Assembly: GCA_030591445.1 (NCBI GenBank)
Contig: JAUVBB010000003.1
Location: 1-53,412, forward strand
Length of the DNA stretch: 53,412 nt
From: Deltaproteobacteria bacterium
GTDB lineage: Bacteria; Myxococcota; B64-G9
Direction of reading: 5' to 3'
The position numbers and the translations under genes are program-made. Shown here one piece after another: positions 9,472-19,777 of the stretch (position 1 is the first letter of the stretch; every line of letters begins with the position of its first letter). The notes beneath the pieces were generated by a model. That model was not told where the DNA came from. It saw only the letters and a program-made list of their open reading frames with translations, and ran no database searches.

Positions 9472-12400
9472 TCAGAATTGACCCATTGCACCCAAGGCAC
9501 CATCGGCGCCATCACCGCCAGGATGACCACTGGTTATGGTGCCGCCCTGACCACCCTTGCCACTGGCCCCACCGGCAAAGGTATTGTCTGACTCCGCAAC
9601 CGTGCCGGCCCGGGTATATAGCGCATAACTGTGACCACCGCCACCACCACCGCCACCGCCACTATGGCCACCACTGCCGCCATCACCCGCATCGCCGCCT
9701 TGTCCTTCGCCCGGACCGCCACCACCATGACCCCCGACCCCACCCGCTTGACCCCGTCCACCCAGGCCGCCGTCTCCCCCGCTACCGCCCACACCGCGAT
9801 TGAAGACGCATTGAGATATCTGCAAGGAAGAGTTCAGCGCCAACACGCCAAAACTTCCACCGCCGCCAGTTCCGTAGGTTCCCGCCGTGGGCGCCCGACA
9901 ACCACCAGCCGCGCCACCGCCACCACCGGCACCGGTGGAATCGGTGCCGGAATCGCAACCACCACCCCCGCCACCGCCGCCGCCGCCCGTGCCATGATCA
10001 CCTGTTTGCCCGCTCTGTCCATCCCTGCCGACCCACCAGTAAGCATCGTAAACCAGGCCCCCGGCAGCTGCTCCCGCCCCGCCATCACCATGACCGCCAC
10101 TGAGCCCGGAGTCGCCCGGGGTACCGCTAACACAAGGATTGCCGCCGCTGCCCGGGTTGCCATATCCCGTGCCCGTGGCCGCGGCCGGATCTCCGTCTCG
10201 ACCCGCGGTGGCATCACAATCGGTGCACACGCCCCAGATACAATCGTCGTCCATGCTCCCGCCCCGACCACCGTCTCCGCCACCGGCCTGCGCGGAACAG
10301 GAATTGGCGGCCCCGCCGCCGCCTCTTTCCCCGTTGTCTTCGCCACAAGCGGTGGCGAATTCATCATTGTCGTCACCGGGTTCACCGTCAGCTGCCCGCA
10401 TACTGTCGGCACTGGAGCCATCGACCCCATCGCGTCCATCCACACCCCGGCCTTGGGTAAAAGTAACTTGTTCAAAGCGCAAGTCGGAACCCTCGGCATG
10501 GACCACCTGGCTGCTTCGCCCCCGGTCCAGGACCCAGCCGCTGGCGTCCGGTCCCAGCAACTCAACATTGCCAAAGACAAATTGGGTACCGCGGGCACGA
10601 ACGGTCAGGTATTGCTGGTCGGTCTCTTGCCAGCCACCAATAATGGCGGTTCTAAACCCCGTTGCCCCGTGGTGTCCTCTTTGCCAGGAGAAATCATAGC
10701 CGCCATAGATCCCCATGCCTTTGTGGCCACTGGTCAGATTGACAATCTCGGTATAACTGCCCGACTGCACCAACACCTGGGTATCGCCCTGGCCATAGGC
10801 CACATCGAGCGCCCGCTTGAGTGAACGACAAGGATCGTCTTGGCTGCAAAATGAGCTGGCATCGCTGCCGATCATGGAGACATATACCGCTTGATCGCGG
10901 TCACCGTCGATGCCATCGCAATTGGCATCGACGTAGCCGGGATCCGGCAAGTCTTGATCCGAAAGGTAGGTGCAGGCGTACTCACACCCGTTGTCGGCAA
11001 CTCCGTCCAAATCCCAGTGGTCCGCCAGGCAATCACCCAGCTCACATCCGCCAGCCCCACAACGAGCCTCGGCCTGATCGAATTGACAAGTTTGTTGGCA
11101 GCCCAGACAGTGATCCAGGCTCACGGCAGTGTCGGTCTCGCAGCCGGCCTGTAAATCGTCACAGTCGGCGAAACTACCTACGCAGTCGACAATCTCACAG
11201 GTTCCGGTCTGACAGCTAACGTTCGCCTGGGGTAAGGCACAAAGCGTGTCACAGGCGCCGCAATGGTCCAATTGGTTCAACTCGGTCTCGCAGCCCGCCA
11301 CCGCCGGATCACAATCACCGAAACCCGCGGGACAACCCGGACTGGTACCGCTCAGCGCGATTGCCACCCGGGCCCGACCGATGTCGGAAGATACGATCTC
11401 CAGCAATCCCACATCCTTGCCGATATCACTGGGTGCATACACCACATCGAAGACCACACTGCTGCCCTGGCCGACCAAGGCCGCGCTCAAATCGGGCAGT
11501 TGTTCCAAGTGAAAATCTGCCGAGCCGGCGGCGGCCAAGCCGATGGAGTGAATCCAAAGCGGATCGGCACTGGCACTGATAAGCATCACTTGCAGGCTAT
11601 GGGTCACGCCGATGGGAACCGAACCGAAATCCTGGTCGCCTATCGGAGTTACCACCAAGGTAGGATCGATGGCGCGGGCGTGTAGCTCTACGGCCGCTCT
11701 GCCGATAACCCCATCAAAGCTCTGGTCGGGATCGTTGGTATCCATCAGCAAGCGGTCGGAGATCAAGCCGGCCCCAGTGGGAGTAAACGTGACCGATAAG
11801 CGAACCTGTTGGCCGGCAATAATCGAGTGCAGCTCAGGCTCCCAGACAAATTGCGGGTTCTGGTTCTGCAGGCGCATGTTCTCTATCAAAAGGGCATCGC
11901 CGCCTTCGTTGGCCAAGGTCACAAATAGAGTGGCCGATTCGGCGATCGCCAGACTCTGGTCCCACTGGACATCATCAAACTCGAGCAGCGACGACTGTGG
12001 GTCCATGGTCAGGCGGGCCGGGAGGTATCCTTCCGCGCTCAGCGCGGTTTCAACACTTTCGGCCGGGCCGGTATGTTCGACAATCAATCGGGCGGTGGCC
12101 GGGCCGACGGTAGTCGGGATAAAAGTCACCCGTGCCGCCACCGATGCGGCTGCCGGCAATGGATAGGGCTGCTCGGCCATTGCCTCCAGGTCGAGTTCGT
12201 CGCTGGCCAGGGTCCAGCCGCTAACATCGGATTCGAGCCTTATTTTGCTCAAGTCCAAGGAGGCGCCACCGCTGTTTTCTATCGTTACTTCGACTTGCTG
12301 CGAACCCGCGATTCGAATCCGGCCCAGGTCGACGGGGCTAGGGCTAACCGTGACCTCGCCCACCACACCTCGGCCGGTCAGGGTCAGCTCTTGCACGGGC

Positions 12401-13377
12401 ATCAGGTCATCATTGCTTACCACCAGAATCTTGTCTTGGTCTTGCTCGCGCGCTTGTGGATGATAGACCACCACCATGGTCAGGGCAGTACCGTTGTTCA
12501 ACATCAGCGGCAAGGCCAGCATCTGGCCGTCGTCGTCTTTCAGCTCAATGGTAAAATCTTCGTTGGCCACCAAGCCCAGACGCACCTCTTCCACAGTCAG
12601 CACCGCGTTTCCGCTACCTTGATTGCCGACGAGTACGGTCAGGGGTTGACTTACTTCACCGACTTCCACATCGCCAAAATCGAGCGCTGTCTTCGAGACC
12701 ATCACCTTGGCCTCTCCCTTGAACTCGCTAAGCAGGTGCACCTGAACCAGGGCTTCGTCGCTATCATTGGAGATGATATCGAGCACCCCCTGGTCAGTCT
12801 CGCCATCGCTGGCCTGGTAGATTACGTCTATGGTCGTCTGCTCACCAGGCGCCAAATACAGGGGCAGCGCTTCGAGCAACGCCGGCGGCAGACTAAAATC
12901 CCGCAGGTCAGTGCCACTCTCGAAACTCAAGGCCAGGATTCTCAGTTCCATATCGCCCTGGTTCTCCAGCACAATTTGTCGCTGTACCGTCTCGCCTACC
13001 AGGACGTTGCCAAAACTGAGTTCAAAATTGCCATCGATAGGCAAAGGCTCGACCACCGCAATGTCAGGCCCACTGGGCCCCAGGTCTGCCTCGTCTTGCC
13101 CATCCGCCTCATCCTGGCCGTCAAGCCCACCGTCACTCGCTGCCGCCACACAAGCTCCGTTGCGACACTGGAAATCATTGGGGCAATCCTGATCGTCGCC
13201 GCAAATCCGATCTCCGGTCGTGCAGAGCCCGCCCACACAGATTTGGCCGATAGGACATTCGGCATCCTCTCCGCAGGCAGTGTACTGGTCTTGGGTAGCA
13301 GTACCCGAGTTACAATGCATCGTGAACAAAGCACTCGCCCACAACAAAACGCTGGTTAAAATGGAAAACCTGTGCAT
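9472..13377 (-). CDS. Large exported protein (probable lipoprotein): Cys-rich N-terminus, about 5 ASH/choice-of-anchor D Ig-like domains, Cys-rich repeats, Gly-rich (PGRS-like) tail
   Basis: Signal peptide ending in Cys; repeated LxFGxV...NxG...SND motifs; GDCD...GCET repeats; DANCDGIDGD; GGGGG-rich C-terminus. Confidence 0.8.
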   Translation of the reverse strand: MHRFSILTSVLLWASALFTMHCNSGTATQDQYTACGEDAECPIGQICVGGLCTTGDRICGDDQDCPNDFQCRNGACVAAASDGGLDGQDEADGQDEADLGPSGPDIAVVEPLPIDGNFELSFGNVLVGETVQRQIVLENQGDMELRILALSFESGTDLRDFSLPPALLEALPLYLAPGEQTTIDVIYQASDGETDQGVLDIISNDSDEALVQVHLLSEFKGEAKVMVSKTALDFGDVEVGEVSQPLTVLVGNQGSGNAVLTVEEVRLGLVANEDFTIELKDDDGQMLALPLMLNNGTALTMVVVYHPQAREQDQDKILVVSNDDLMPVQELTLTGRGVVGEVTVSPSPVDLGRIRIAGSQQVEVTIENSGGASLDLSKIRLESDVSGWTLASDELDLEAMAEQPYPLPAAASVAARVTFIPTTVGPATARLIVEHTGPAESVETALSAEGYLPARLTMDPQSSLLEFDDVQWDQSLAIAESATLFVTLANEGGDALLIENMRLQNQNPQFVWEPELHSIIAGQQVRLSVTFTPTGAGLISDRLLMDTNDPDQSFDGVIGRAAVELHARAIDPTLVVTPIGDQDFGSVPIGVTHSLQVMLISASADPLWIHSIGLAAAGSADFHLEQLPDLSAALVGQGSSVVFDVVYAPSDIGKDVGLLEIVSSDIGRARVAIALSGTSPGCPAGFGDCDPAVAGCETELNQLDHCGACDTLCALPQANVSCQTGTCEIVDCVGSFADCDDLQAGCETDTAVSLDHCLGCQQTCQFDQAEARCGAGGCELGDCLADHWDLDGVADNGCEYACTYLSDQDLPDPGYVDANCDGIDGDRDQAVYVSMIGSDASSFCSQDDPCRSLKRALDVAYGQGDTQVLVQSGSYTEIVNLTSGHKGMGIYGGYDFSWQRGHHGATGFRTAIIGGWQETDQQYLTVRARGTQFVFGNVELLGPDASGWVLDRGRSSQVVHAEGSDLRFEQVTFTQGRGVDGRDGVDGSSADSMRAADGEPGDDNDEFATACGEDNGERGGGGAANSCSAQAGGGDGGRGGSMDDDCIWGVCTDCDATAGRDGDPAAATGTGYGNPGSGGNPCVSGTPGDSGLSGGHGDGGAGAAAGGLVYDAYWWVGRDGQSGQTGDHGTGGGGGGGGGGCDSGTDSTGAGGGGGAAGGCRAPTAGTYGTGGGGSFGVLALNSSLQISQCVFNRGVGGSGGDGGLGGRGQAGGVGGHGGGGPGEGQGGDAGDGGSGGHSGGGGGGGGGHSYALYTRAGTVAESDNTFAGGASGKGGQGGTITSGHPGGDGADGALGAMGQF

Positions 13378-13494
13378 TTCGACCCCTCCGACTTAGCAAG
13401 TTCGGCCCATACTAGCCTTGCTCGCCGAACTGCGTCAATTCAGATTTTTCAGGTATTTGTGTTCTCAACCGGCAATGAGTAAGATTGTTAAACC

Positions 13495-16071
13495 ATGAAA
13501 ACAACCGAGTTCGACTCTGGGGAGCATACCCAGGTCGCCGAAGAAGGTAACGAGGCCCAAGCGCCAGGGCTGGCTCGAGGCCATACCGTTGGCCGTTACC
13601 TGATCGTGGATGTACTAGGCATGGGTGGAATGGGGGCAGTGTATCGCGCTTTTGACCCGGAGCTAAACCGGCCGGTGGCACTCAAGTTATTATTAATAAA
13701 AAGTGACAAACCCCAAACCCAGGATGCCACCAGCCAACAAGATCGCCTGTTGCGCGAAGCCCAAGCCTTGGCCCAGCTATCGCATCCGAACATCGTTACC
13801 GTATTCGATGTCGGCACCCACGAAGATGCCATTTTCATGGCCATGGAACTAGTCGAAGGCCAAACATTGAAGGAGTGGCTCAAGCAAGAGCCCCGGTCGA
13901 TTCAGGAGATAATCTCAGTGGCAACGGCGGCCGGTCATGGCCTATCCGCCGCTCATCGGGCCGGCATCATTCATCGAGATTTCAAACCCTCCAACATCAT
14001 CATCGGTAACGACGGCCGAGTCCGGGTTCTCGACTTTGGTCTGGCCCGTGCCCTGGAAGAGACCGAAACCATCCCCAGCAAACGCGAGGAGAGATCCAAA
14101 AACAAACAAGCAGTTATTGCCTTGGACGAAGCCGGCCTGGATTCGTCCCGGAGCCTTCTTTCCTCCTCGATTACCCGCGAAGGCGCTATTGTCGGCACCC
14201 CTCATTACATGGCGCCGGAGCAACATCGTCACCAAGTTGTTGACGAGCGCTGCGACCAATTTGGTTTCGCCGTGGTATTGTTCGAGGCCCTCCACGGCCA
14301 GCGGCCTTTTCAGGCCAAAACTTATAAGGATTTGCGCGAGCAGGTCAGCCAGGGCCATATCGTTCGCCCAGCCGATTCGTCGGTGCCCGCCTGGATCGAC
14401 CAGATACTCGACCGCGGCCTGATTCCCGACCCGGCCCAACGCTTTGCCAACATGGCGGCTTTGCTTACGGCTTTGGCCAAAGACCCGGCTATCGAGCAAG
14501 CCCGCCTCCGCGCGCGCCGTCTGCGCTGGGCTGGCGGCTTGGGCGCCCTACTGCTTATCGCTCTGTCCGTATTCGCCCTCTGGTTCGGCATGTCATCCCG
14601 TGCCCGTCTTTGCGCGGGCGCCGAGGAAAAACTTGCCGGCGTTTGGGATCCGGTCAAGTCCCAACAATTGCATGCTCGGCTCCTGGCTACCAATCGGCCC
14701 CATGCCGCCGATACTTTCAAAAAGATGGCAGCCCAGCTTTCCAAGTACGCCGACGACTGGGTCATTATGCGTAACGAATCCTGCCAAGCCACCCACGTCC
14801 TTGGTGAACAATCCGAGCATTTGCTCGACTTGCGCATGCATTGCCTGGATCAGAGAAAGTCGGAATTACAGGCCCTGGTCAACTTGTTCGCCACCCGGGC
14901 CGACGCCGCCATGTTAGACAAAGCCGTCATGGCCGCACTCGGCTTGCGCAGGATAAACAGTTGCGCGGACACAGAGACCCTGCGCAAAGCCTATCCTCCG
15001 CCCGAAAATCCAGCGCAACGCAAGCAGGTGGAACAAATCGAGCAAAGTCTTGATACCGTTCGGGCCCTGGAAAAAGCCGGCAAGTATCGCGAGGCCCTGG
15101 CAGCCATGGTCGATCTCAGCAGCCGGGCTAAGCTCCTGGGTCATCCCCCCACCCAAGCATTAACGCTTCAGATGCGCGGCACCCTTGAGTTGCGTTCCAG
15201 CAAAGCCGCGGCAGCCAAAGAAAGCATCGAACAGGCCTTACAATACGCTGCCGTCTCCCGCAACGACTCCCTGATCGCGGATCTTCTGACCGACTTGGTA
15301 TTTGTGGTCGGCCACTTACAGGCGCGGTATGCAGAAGCGCTACAGTTATGCACCATCGCCCAGGCGGCCGTAACCCGGGCGGGCAACAAGCCCGTCCAGC
15401 GGGCCAACGTCCTCAATTATCTAAGCACCCTGCTTTGGCGGCAGGGAAAAAATGAACAAGCCATCGAAAGCCAACAGCAGGCGCTCGCCCTACGAAAAGA
15501 GGCCTTCGGTCCCGATCACCCTTCGGTGGCGGTTTCACTCAACAACCTGGGCGACGTGCTGATGGAACTAAAACGTTACGACCAGGCCCAAAAAGTGTTG
15601 AATCAGGCCTATTCCAACTGGGAAAAAGCCTTTGGACCTAACCATCCCTACGTCGGCTACCCCCTGACCAACTTGGGCGTGGTGCTTTTGGAGCAAGGCA
15701 AATACCCGCAAGCCAAAAAAGTCTTCGCCCGGGCCCTATCGGTATGGGAACAAGGGCTGGGCGCGGACAATCCCCTACTCACCCATCCCTTGACCGGCCT
15801 GGCACAATGCCTGCTACCCAAAGACCATCAAACAGCTCTGCCTCTGTTAGAGCGAGCGCTCCTCCTGAAACTGGCTCACCCTTCCGATCCCGCCGAACTG
15901 GCCGAGATCCGCTTTACCCTGGCCCGCGCCGTCTGGCTCTCCGACAGCAATCACGCCCGGGCTCTGCAACTGGCCAACCAAGCGGCAAGCGATCTGACCA
16001 AATCCTCCAGTCCCAAACCAAAATTGAAGAAAAAAATTGGCGATTGGCTTCGGACTAAGACTCCGTTTTAG
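13495..16071 (+). CDS. Ser/Thr protein kinase with TM segment and TPR repeats (myxobacterial type)
   Basis: GMGGMGAV, VALK, HRDFKPSN, DFGLAR, YMAPE; TM helix; kinesin-light-chain-like TPRs (GPDHPSVAVSLNNLG). Confidence 0.93.
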   Translation: MKTTEFDSGEHTQVAEEGNEAQAPGLARGHTVGRYLIVDVLGMGGMGAVYRAFDPELNRPVALKLLLIKSDKPQTQDATSQQDRLLREAQALAQLSHPNIVTVFDVGTHEDAIFMAMELVEGQTLKEWLKQEPRSIQEIISVATAAGHGLSAAHRAGIIHRDFKPSNIIIGNDGRVRVLDFGLARALEETETIPSKREERSKNKQAVIALDEAGLDSSRSLLSSSITREGAIVGTPHYMAPEQHRHQVVDERCDQFGFAVVLFEALHGQRPFQAKTYKDLREQVSQGHIVRPADSSVPAWIDQILDRGLIPDPAQRFANMAALLTALAKDPAIEQARLRARRLRWAGGLGALLLIALSVFALWFGMSSRARLCAGAEEKLAGVWDPVKSQQLHARLLATNRPHAADTFKKMAAQLSKYADDWVIMRNESCQATHVLGEQSEHLLDLRMHCLDQRKSELQALVNLFATRADAAMLDKAVMAALGLRRINSCADTETLRKAYPPPENPAQRKQVEQIEQSLDTVRALEKAGKYREALAAMVDLSSRAKLLGHPPTQALTLQMRGTLELRSSKAAAAKESIEQALQYAAVSRNDSLIADLLTDLVFVVGHLQARYAEALQLCTIAQAAVTRAGNKPVQRANVLNYLSTLLWRQGKNEQAIESQQQALALRKEAFGPDHPSVAVSLNNLGDVLMELKRYDQAQKVLNQAYSNWEKAFGPNHPYVGYPLTNLGVVLLEQGKYPQAKKVFARALSVWEQGLGADNPLLTHPLTGLAQCLLPKDHQTALPLLERALLLKLAHPSDPAELAEIRFTLARAVWLSDSNHARALQLANQAASDLTKSSSPKPKLKKKIGDWLRTKTPF

Positions 16072-16103
16072 GGTAGGATGGTGGCCTAACAAGGAGGCAT
16101 GCG

Positions 16104-16961
16104 ATGATGCGGCGTGCGACAGTGATTGTGTTTGTTTCGTCCTTTTGTTTATTGGGTGCCGATGGCCAAGATGATCTGTCCGGAATCTACCAGAAAACCA
16201 AAGATTGGAAATCAGAGGTGGCGGTCGAGGTCTTTGGTCCCAAGACGCTTTGGAATGCGATCAATGGTGGGGCGGAGGTTTACTTGGCTTATGGTTTCGA
16301 GCGCCTGCACATGGGAGAATTGTCTCAGGGTGACCTCCGGGTCTCGATGAACATCTTTGATATGGGTGCGGGCTTGAACGCCTTCGGCATCTATCGGAAG
16401 GAAAAGCCGCGCAAGGGGGTGACCTTGGCCATCGGGGCCCAGGCTTCCTCGGCTCCTCCGTTCCGATGCACTTTCTATAAAGATCGCTTTTACGTAAAAA
16501 TCGGCGCCATGGGCGGCGAGCTTAGTACGGAAAAGTGCCGAGAGCTTGCTTCGGCGACGGCGGCCTTGTTGCCTGGTGATAACCAGGCTCCGGGCGTGTT
16601 CGCACTGTTGCCAAAAAAAGATAGAATCGCGGGATCGGTCGGCTATACGCTCGAGAGTTGGCTGGGATTGTCGGAGCTAGCCCACTGCCTGCACGCCGAA
16701 TACAATCTGGGCCAAGACCAAGCGGTTAGCGTGTTTGTCATGTTGCCGGCGTCGAGCCGACCGGTGGAAAAAACCTGGCAGAAACTGGCGAGCAAATGGA
16801 CGCCGATAAAAAGTGACAAAGGTGCTTTTCTCTCGCGTAGCGTTCCCTATCGCGGCGATGTGGTGCTGGCCAAAACCAAACGCGGTATTTTCGGGGTAGC
16901 CGGCGCCGGCAAGATAGAACAGAGCATGGCGCTACTGCTGGGTATGATCGCTTCGAAGTAG
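16104..16961 (+). CDS. Exported DUF6599-like protein
   Basis: Signal peptide; LWNAINGGAEVYLAYGF and IFDMG...NAFGIY motifs; AAGGAGG SD. Confidence 0.65.
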   Translation: MMRRATVIVFVSSFCLLGADGQDDLSGIYQKTKDWKSEVAVEVFGPKTLWNAINGGAEVYLAYGFERLHMGELSQGDLRVSMNIFDMGAGLNAFGIYRKEKPRKGVTLAIGAQASSAPPFRCTFYKDRFYVKIGAMGGELSTEKCRELASATAALLPGDNQAPGVFALLPKKDRIAGSVGYTLESWLGLSELAHCLHAEYNLGQDQAVSVFVMLPASSRPVEKTWQKLASKWTPIKSDKGAFLSRSVPYRGDVVLAKTKRGIFGVAGAGKIEQSMALLLGMIASK

Positions 16962-16964
16962 TGC

Positions 16965-17510
16965 TTACTTCTCGATGCCGGTGCGGGCCACCACGCCCTG
17001 CTGGTAATAGTGTTTAACCTCGCGCATCTCGGTTACCAAATCGGCGGCTTCGATAAGTTTGGGCTCGGCCTTGCGCCCGGTGACCACCACTTCGGTCCCT
17101 TCGGCCCGGGCGGCAATCTTTTCTAGCAGTTCATCGACGCTGAACAATTTGTAATAGGTAGCGATGTTGGCTTCATCCAGGATCACCAGCTTGAATTTGC
17201 CCGAAGCCATGGCCGCCGCTGCCTCGTCTAGTCCCGCGCGCGCGACCTCAATGTCCGCCGCTTCCGGTTCGCGGGTAATGAAACACTCCCGACCGCACTG
17301 CTTGATCTCAATGGCATCTGACAAACGCTCTAGCGCGGCCAGTTCGGAATACCACATACCCTTGACGAATTGGGCAATGTACACCCGGTAGCCGGCGCCA
17401 GCGGCCCGCAGCGCCAAACCAAAGGCGGCCGTGGTCTTGCCTTTGCCATCGCCGGTGTACACATGCAAGTAACCCTTTTTCCAATTTGAACCATCTTCTG
17501 ACTGCGTCAT
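16965..17510 (-). CDS. btuR: Cob(I)yrinic acid a,c-diamide adenosyltransferase (CobA/BtuR/CobO family)
   Basis: HVYTGDGKGKTTAAFG, QFVKG, ILDEAN, TGR, ADLVTEM...KHYY...GIE. Confidence 0.92.
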   Translation of the reverse strand: MTQSEDGSNWKKGYLHVYTGDGKGKTTAAFGLALRAAGAGYRVYIAQFVKGMWYSELAALERLSDAIEIKQCGRECFITREPEAADIEVARAGLDEAAAAMASGKFKLVILDEANIATYYKLFSVDELLEKIAARAEGTEVVVTGRKAEPKLIEAADLVTEMREVKHYYQQGVVARTGIEK

Positions 17511-17639
17511 ATTTGCCTCCTTCTATTGCAGGTACGGTAAACCAAACTGACCGGCGATGGTAGGAAAAAGCTGGCTTTCAGCCAACAGCCATGGGAAAAA
17601 TAGCTTCGCATTTGATTCGTGAGAAGTACCCCCTCATGA

Positions 17640-17717
17640 GTCATCCCCGAAACGTTTCTGTCGGGGACCCATGTTGCCTAATCACTGGGTTCCCGACAGA
17701 AACGTTTCGGGAATGAC
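17640..17717. repeat. REP doublet (REPIN-like), copy 1
   Basis: 32-bp arms GTCATCCCCGAAACGTTTCTGTCGGGGACCCA and TGGGTTCCCGACAGAAACGTTTCGGGAATGAC are inverted with 2 mismatches around a 14-bp spacer; each arm is itself a hairpin. Confidence 0.85.
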
Positions 17718-17758
17718 TTGTTTGTATAGAACGATCTTGAAAATTGTGGAGGGCAAAC

Positions 17759-19252
17759 ATGGCTGAAAAAAACTTCAATATCGCCATTTTAATGCAAGAA
17801 AGCGGAGTTAAGTTCGGCACCAGCGGCGCCCGCGGCCTGGTCACCGATATGACCGACGAGGTTTGTTACGCTTACACCGCCGGCTTCATCCAGTACCTGG
17901 AACAAAGGGGAGAGTTGAAATCCGGCAGCACCATGGCCGTGGGCGGAGACCTGCGCGCTAGCACCGATCGCATCATGCAGGCAGTGGCCCAAGCCATCAG
18001 CGATCGGGGCTACCAGCCTCACAATTGCGGCAAGCTGCCTTCACCGGCGCTGGCTTTATACGGTCTGACCGAGGGCATCCCCACCGCCATGGTAACCGGC
18101 AGCCATATTCCGGATGATCGCAACGGCATCAAATACACCACCAAAACCGGCGAGATTCTCAAATCGGATGAAGCCGGCATGAAGAAGCAAACGGTGATCA
18201 TCCCGGACGGTCGCTTCGACCCGGAGGGTATGCTGGTCTCGCCCGGTGCCTTGCCGCAGGCCGACGATACCGGCATCGGCCGCTATCGACAACGCTACTT
18301 GGATGTCTTCGGCGCCGATTGTCTCCAGGGTGCCAAGATAGGCGTATTCCAACACTCCGCAGTCGGCCGCGAGCTGATGGTAGACATTCTTCGGGGCCTG
18401 GGCGCCGAAGTGGTTCCCCTTGGATTTTCAACCAGCTTCATCCCGGTCGATACCGAGGCCATTCGCCCCGAAGACGTAGAAAGCGCCAAGCAATGGGCCG
18501 CCGAGTATTCTTTCGACGCCATTGTCTCCACTGACGGCGACAGCGATCGACCGCTGGTGGCCGACGAGAACGGAAAGTGGTTGCGCGGCGATGTGGCCGG
18601 CATCCTGGTGGCCAAATTCCTAGGCGCCGACGCCGTGGTCACGCCCGTCTCCTGCAACACTGCCGTGGAAAAATGCGGCTTCTTCGGCCAGGTCATCCGC
18701 ACCCAAATTGGTTCGCCCTATGTAATCGAAGCCATGCAAGCCGCGGAACTTGCCGGGGCCAAGCACGTAGTCGGTTACGAAGCCAACGGCGGCTTTCTTC
18801 AGCAAACCGCGGCCCAGGTCGGTGAAAAGACTCTTGCCCTCCTGCCTACTCGCGACGCGGTCATCGTTCATCTGGCCATCTTGCTGGCCGCTCGGCAAAT
18901 GAATCTTAAAGTTAGTGAACTGGCTGCCAAGCTGCCCCAACGCTTCACCATCAGCGACCGTCTCAAACAATTCCCTACCGAAAAAAGTCATGCCAAGATC
19001 AAAGAGCTCAATAGCGGCCATGCCCGAGAAGATCGCGCGGCCATCGAGAAGCTGTTCAAAGCTCATTTCGGCGCGGTAAAAAGCCTCAATGCCGTAGACG
19101 GCCTGCGCATCACCTTTGAAAGTGAAGAGGTCGTTCACTTGCGCCCTTCCGGCAACGCCCCTGAGTTCCGTTGCTATACCGAAGCCGACACCGAGTCGCG
19201 CGCCCAAGAGATAAACCGTATCTGCATTGGCATTATGTCCACCTGGAAATGA
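17759..19252 (+). CDS. manB: Phosphomannomutase (RfbK/ManB-type)
   Basis: FGTSGARG, TGSHIP (catalytic Ser), DGDSDR metal loop, GYEANGG, HLRPSGNAPE; GGAGGG SD before ATG 17759. Confidence 0.9.
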   Translation: MAEKNFNIAILMQESGVKFGTSGARGLVTDMTDEVCYAYTAGFIQYLEQRGELKSGSTMAVGGDLRASTDRIMQAVAQAISDRGYQPHNCGKLPSPALALYGLTEGIPTAMVTGSHIPDDRNGIKYTTKTGEILKSDEAGMKKQTVIIPDGRFDPEGMLVSPGALPQADDTGIGRYRQRYLDVFGADCLQGAKIGVFQHSAVGRELMVDILRGLGAEVVPLGFSTSFIPVDTEAIRPEDVESAKQWAAEYSFDAIVSTDGDSDRPLVADENGKWLRGDVAGILVAKFLGADAVVTPVSCNTAVEKCGFFGQVIRTQIGSPYVIEAMQAAELAGAKHVVGYEANGGFLQQTAAQVGEKTLALLPTRDAVIVHLAILLAARQMNLKVSELAAKLPQRFTISDRLKQFPTEKSHAKIKELNSGHAREDRAAIEKLFKAHFGAVKSLNAVDGLRITFESEEVVHLRPSGNAPEFRCYTEADTESRAQEINRICIGIMSTWK

Positions 19253-19291
19253 CAACTTTCCAATCCTTAGGAATTCAGTTATACTGGATTC

Positions 19292-19684
19292 ATGGACTCA
19301 GCTGACGACAAACGAGGCCAGACCTTCGGTGAAACATCAGGAGAAGTTCAAATCCATCGCCGCCTGACCTTGCCCACACCGGTCATCGTGCTCCAAGAGC
19401 GAGATGAGGATCGAAGAAAGACATTCTTTGGCTATGCCAAGAACATCAGCCGCGGGGGAATGTTCATCGGTTCAACCTGCCCCCACCAACCAGGTTCCAA
19501 ATTCAGTATCGAGTTTCCCCTACCCTCTCCCTTTCGCCAATTGGTCAATTGCACCTGCGAAATCGTCTGGAACCGCTCCTACCAGTCCGGTAATCTCCAC
19601 GAACCCGGCATGGGTCTACGATTCCTCGACATCCCAGAAGACGCCGCCCAATCCATCGACGACTGGGTAAATTCCACCGACTGA
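19292..19684 (+). CDS. PilZ domain protein (TIGR02266-like)
   Basis: YAKNISRGGMFI, EIVW, PGMGLRF; RxxxR motif degenerate. Confidence 0.85.
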   Translation: MDSADDKRGQTFGETSGEVQIHRRLTLPTPVIVLQERDEDRRKTFFGYAKNISRGGMFIGSTCPHQPGSKFSIEFPLPSPFRQLVNCTCEIVWNRSYQSGNLHEPGMGLRFLDIPEDAAQSIDDWVNSTD

Positions 19685-19777
19685 CATTGGGGCCTGTTTA
19701 GTTGCTTTCCCAAATGCCCCGTTTTTTCAATTCAGCACCGTGCGTTGTCTGTATTTTACTACCCCAAAAAAAACCAA

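Noticed and set aside
9631-13359. Long + strand ORFs (397 aa at 9631, 428 aa at 12073)
   Set aside because: Antisense shadows of the Gly-rich 1301-aa gene; the T/A/P bias mirrors Gly codons and no motifs are present
17511-17639. Possible cobalamin riboswitch upstream of the adenosyltransferase
   Set aside because: No B12-box or GGGAA...ACTG core is recognisable on the minus strand
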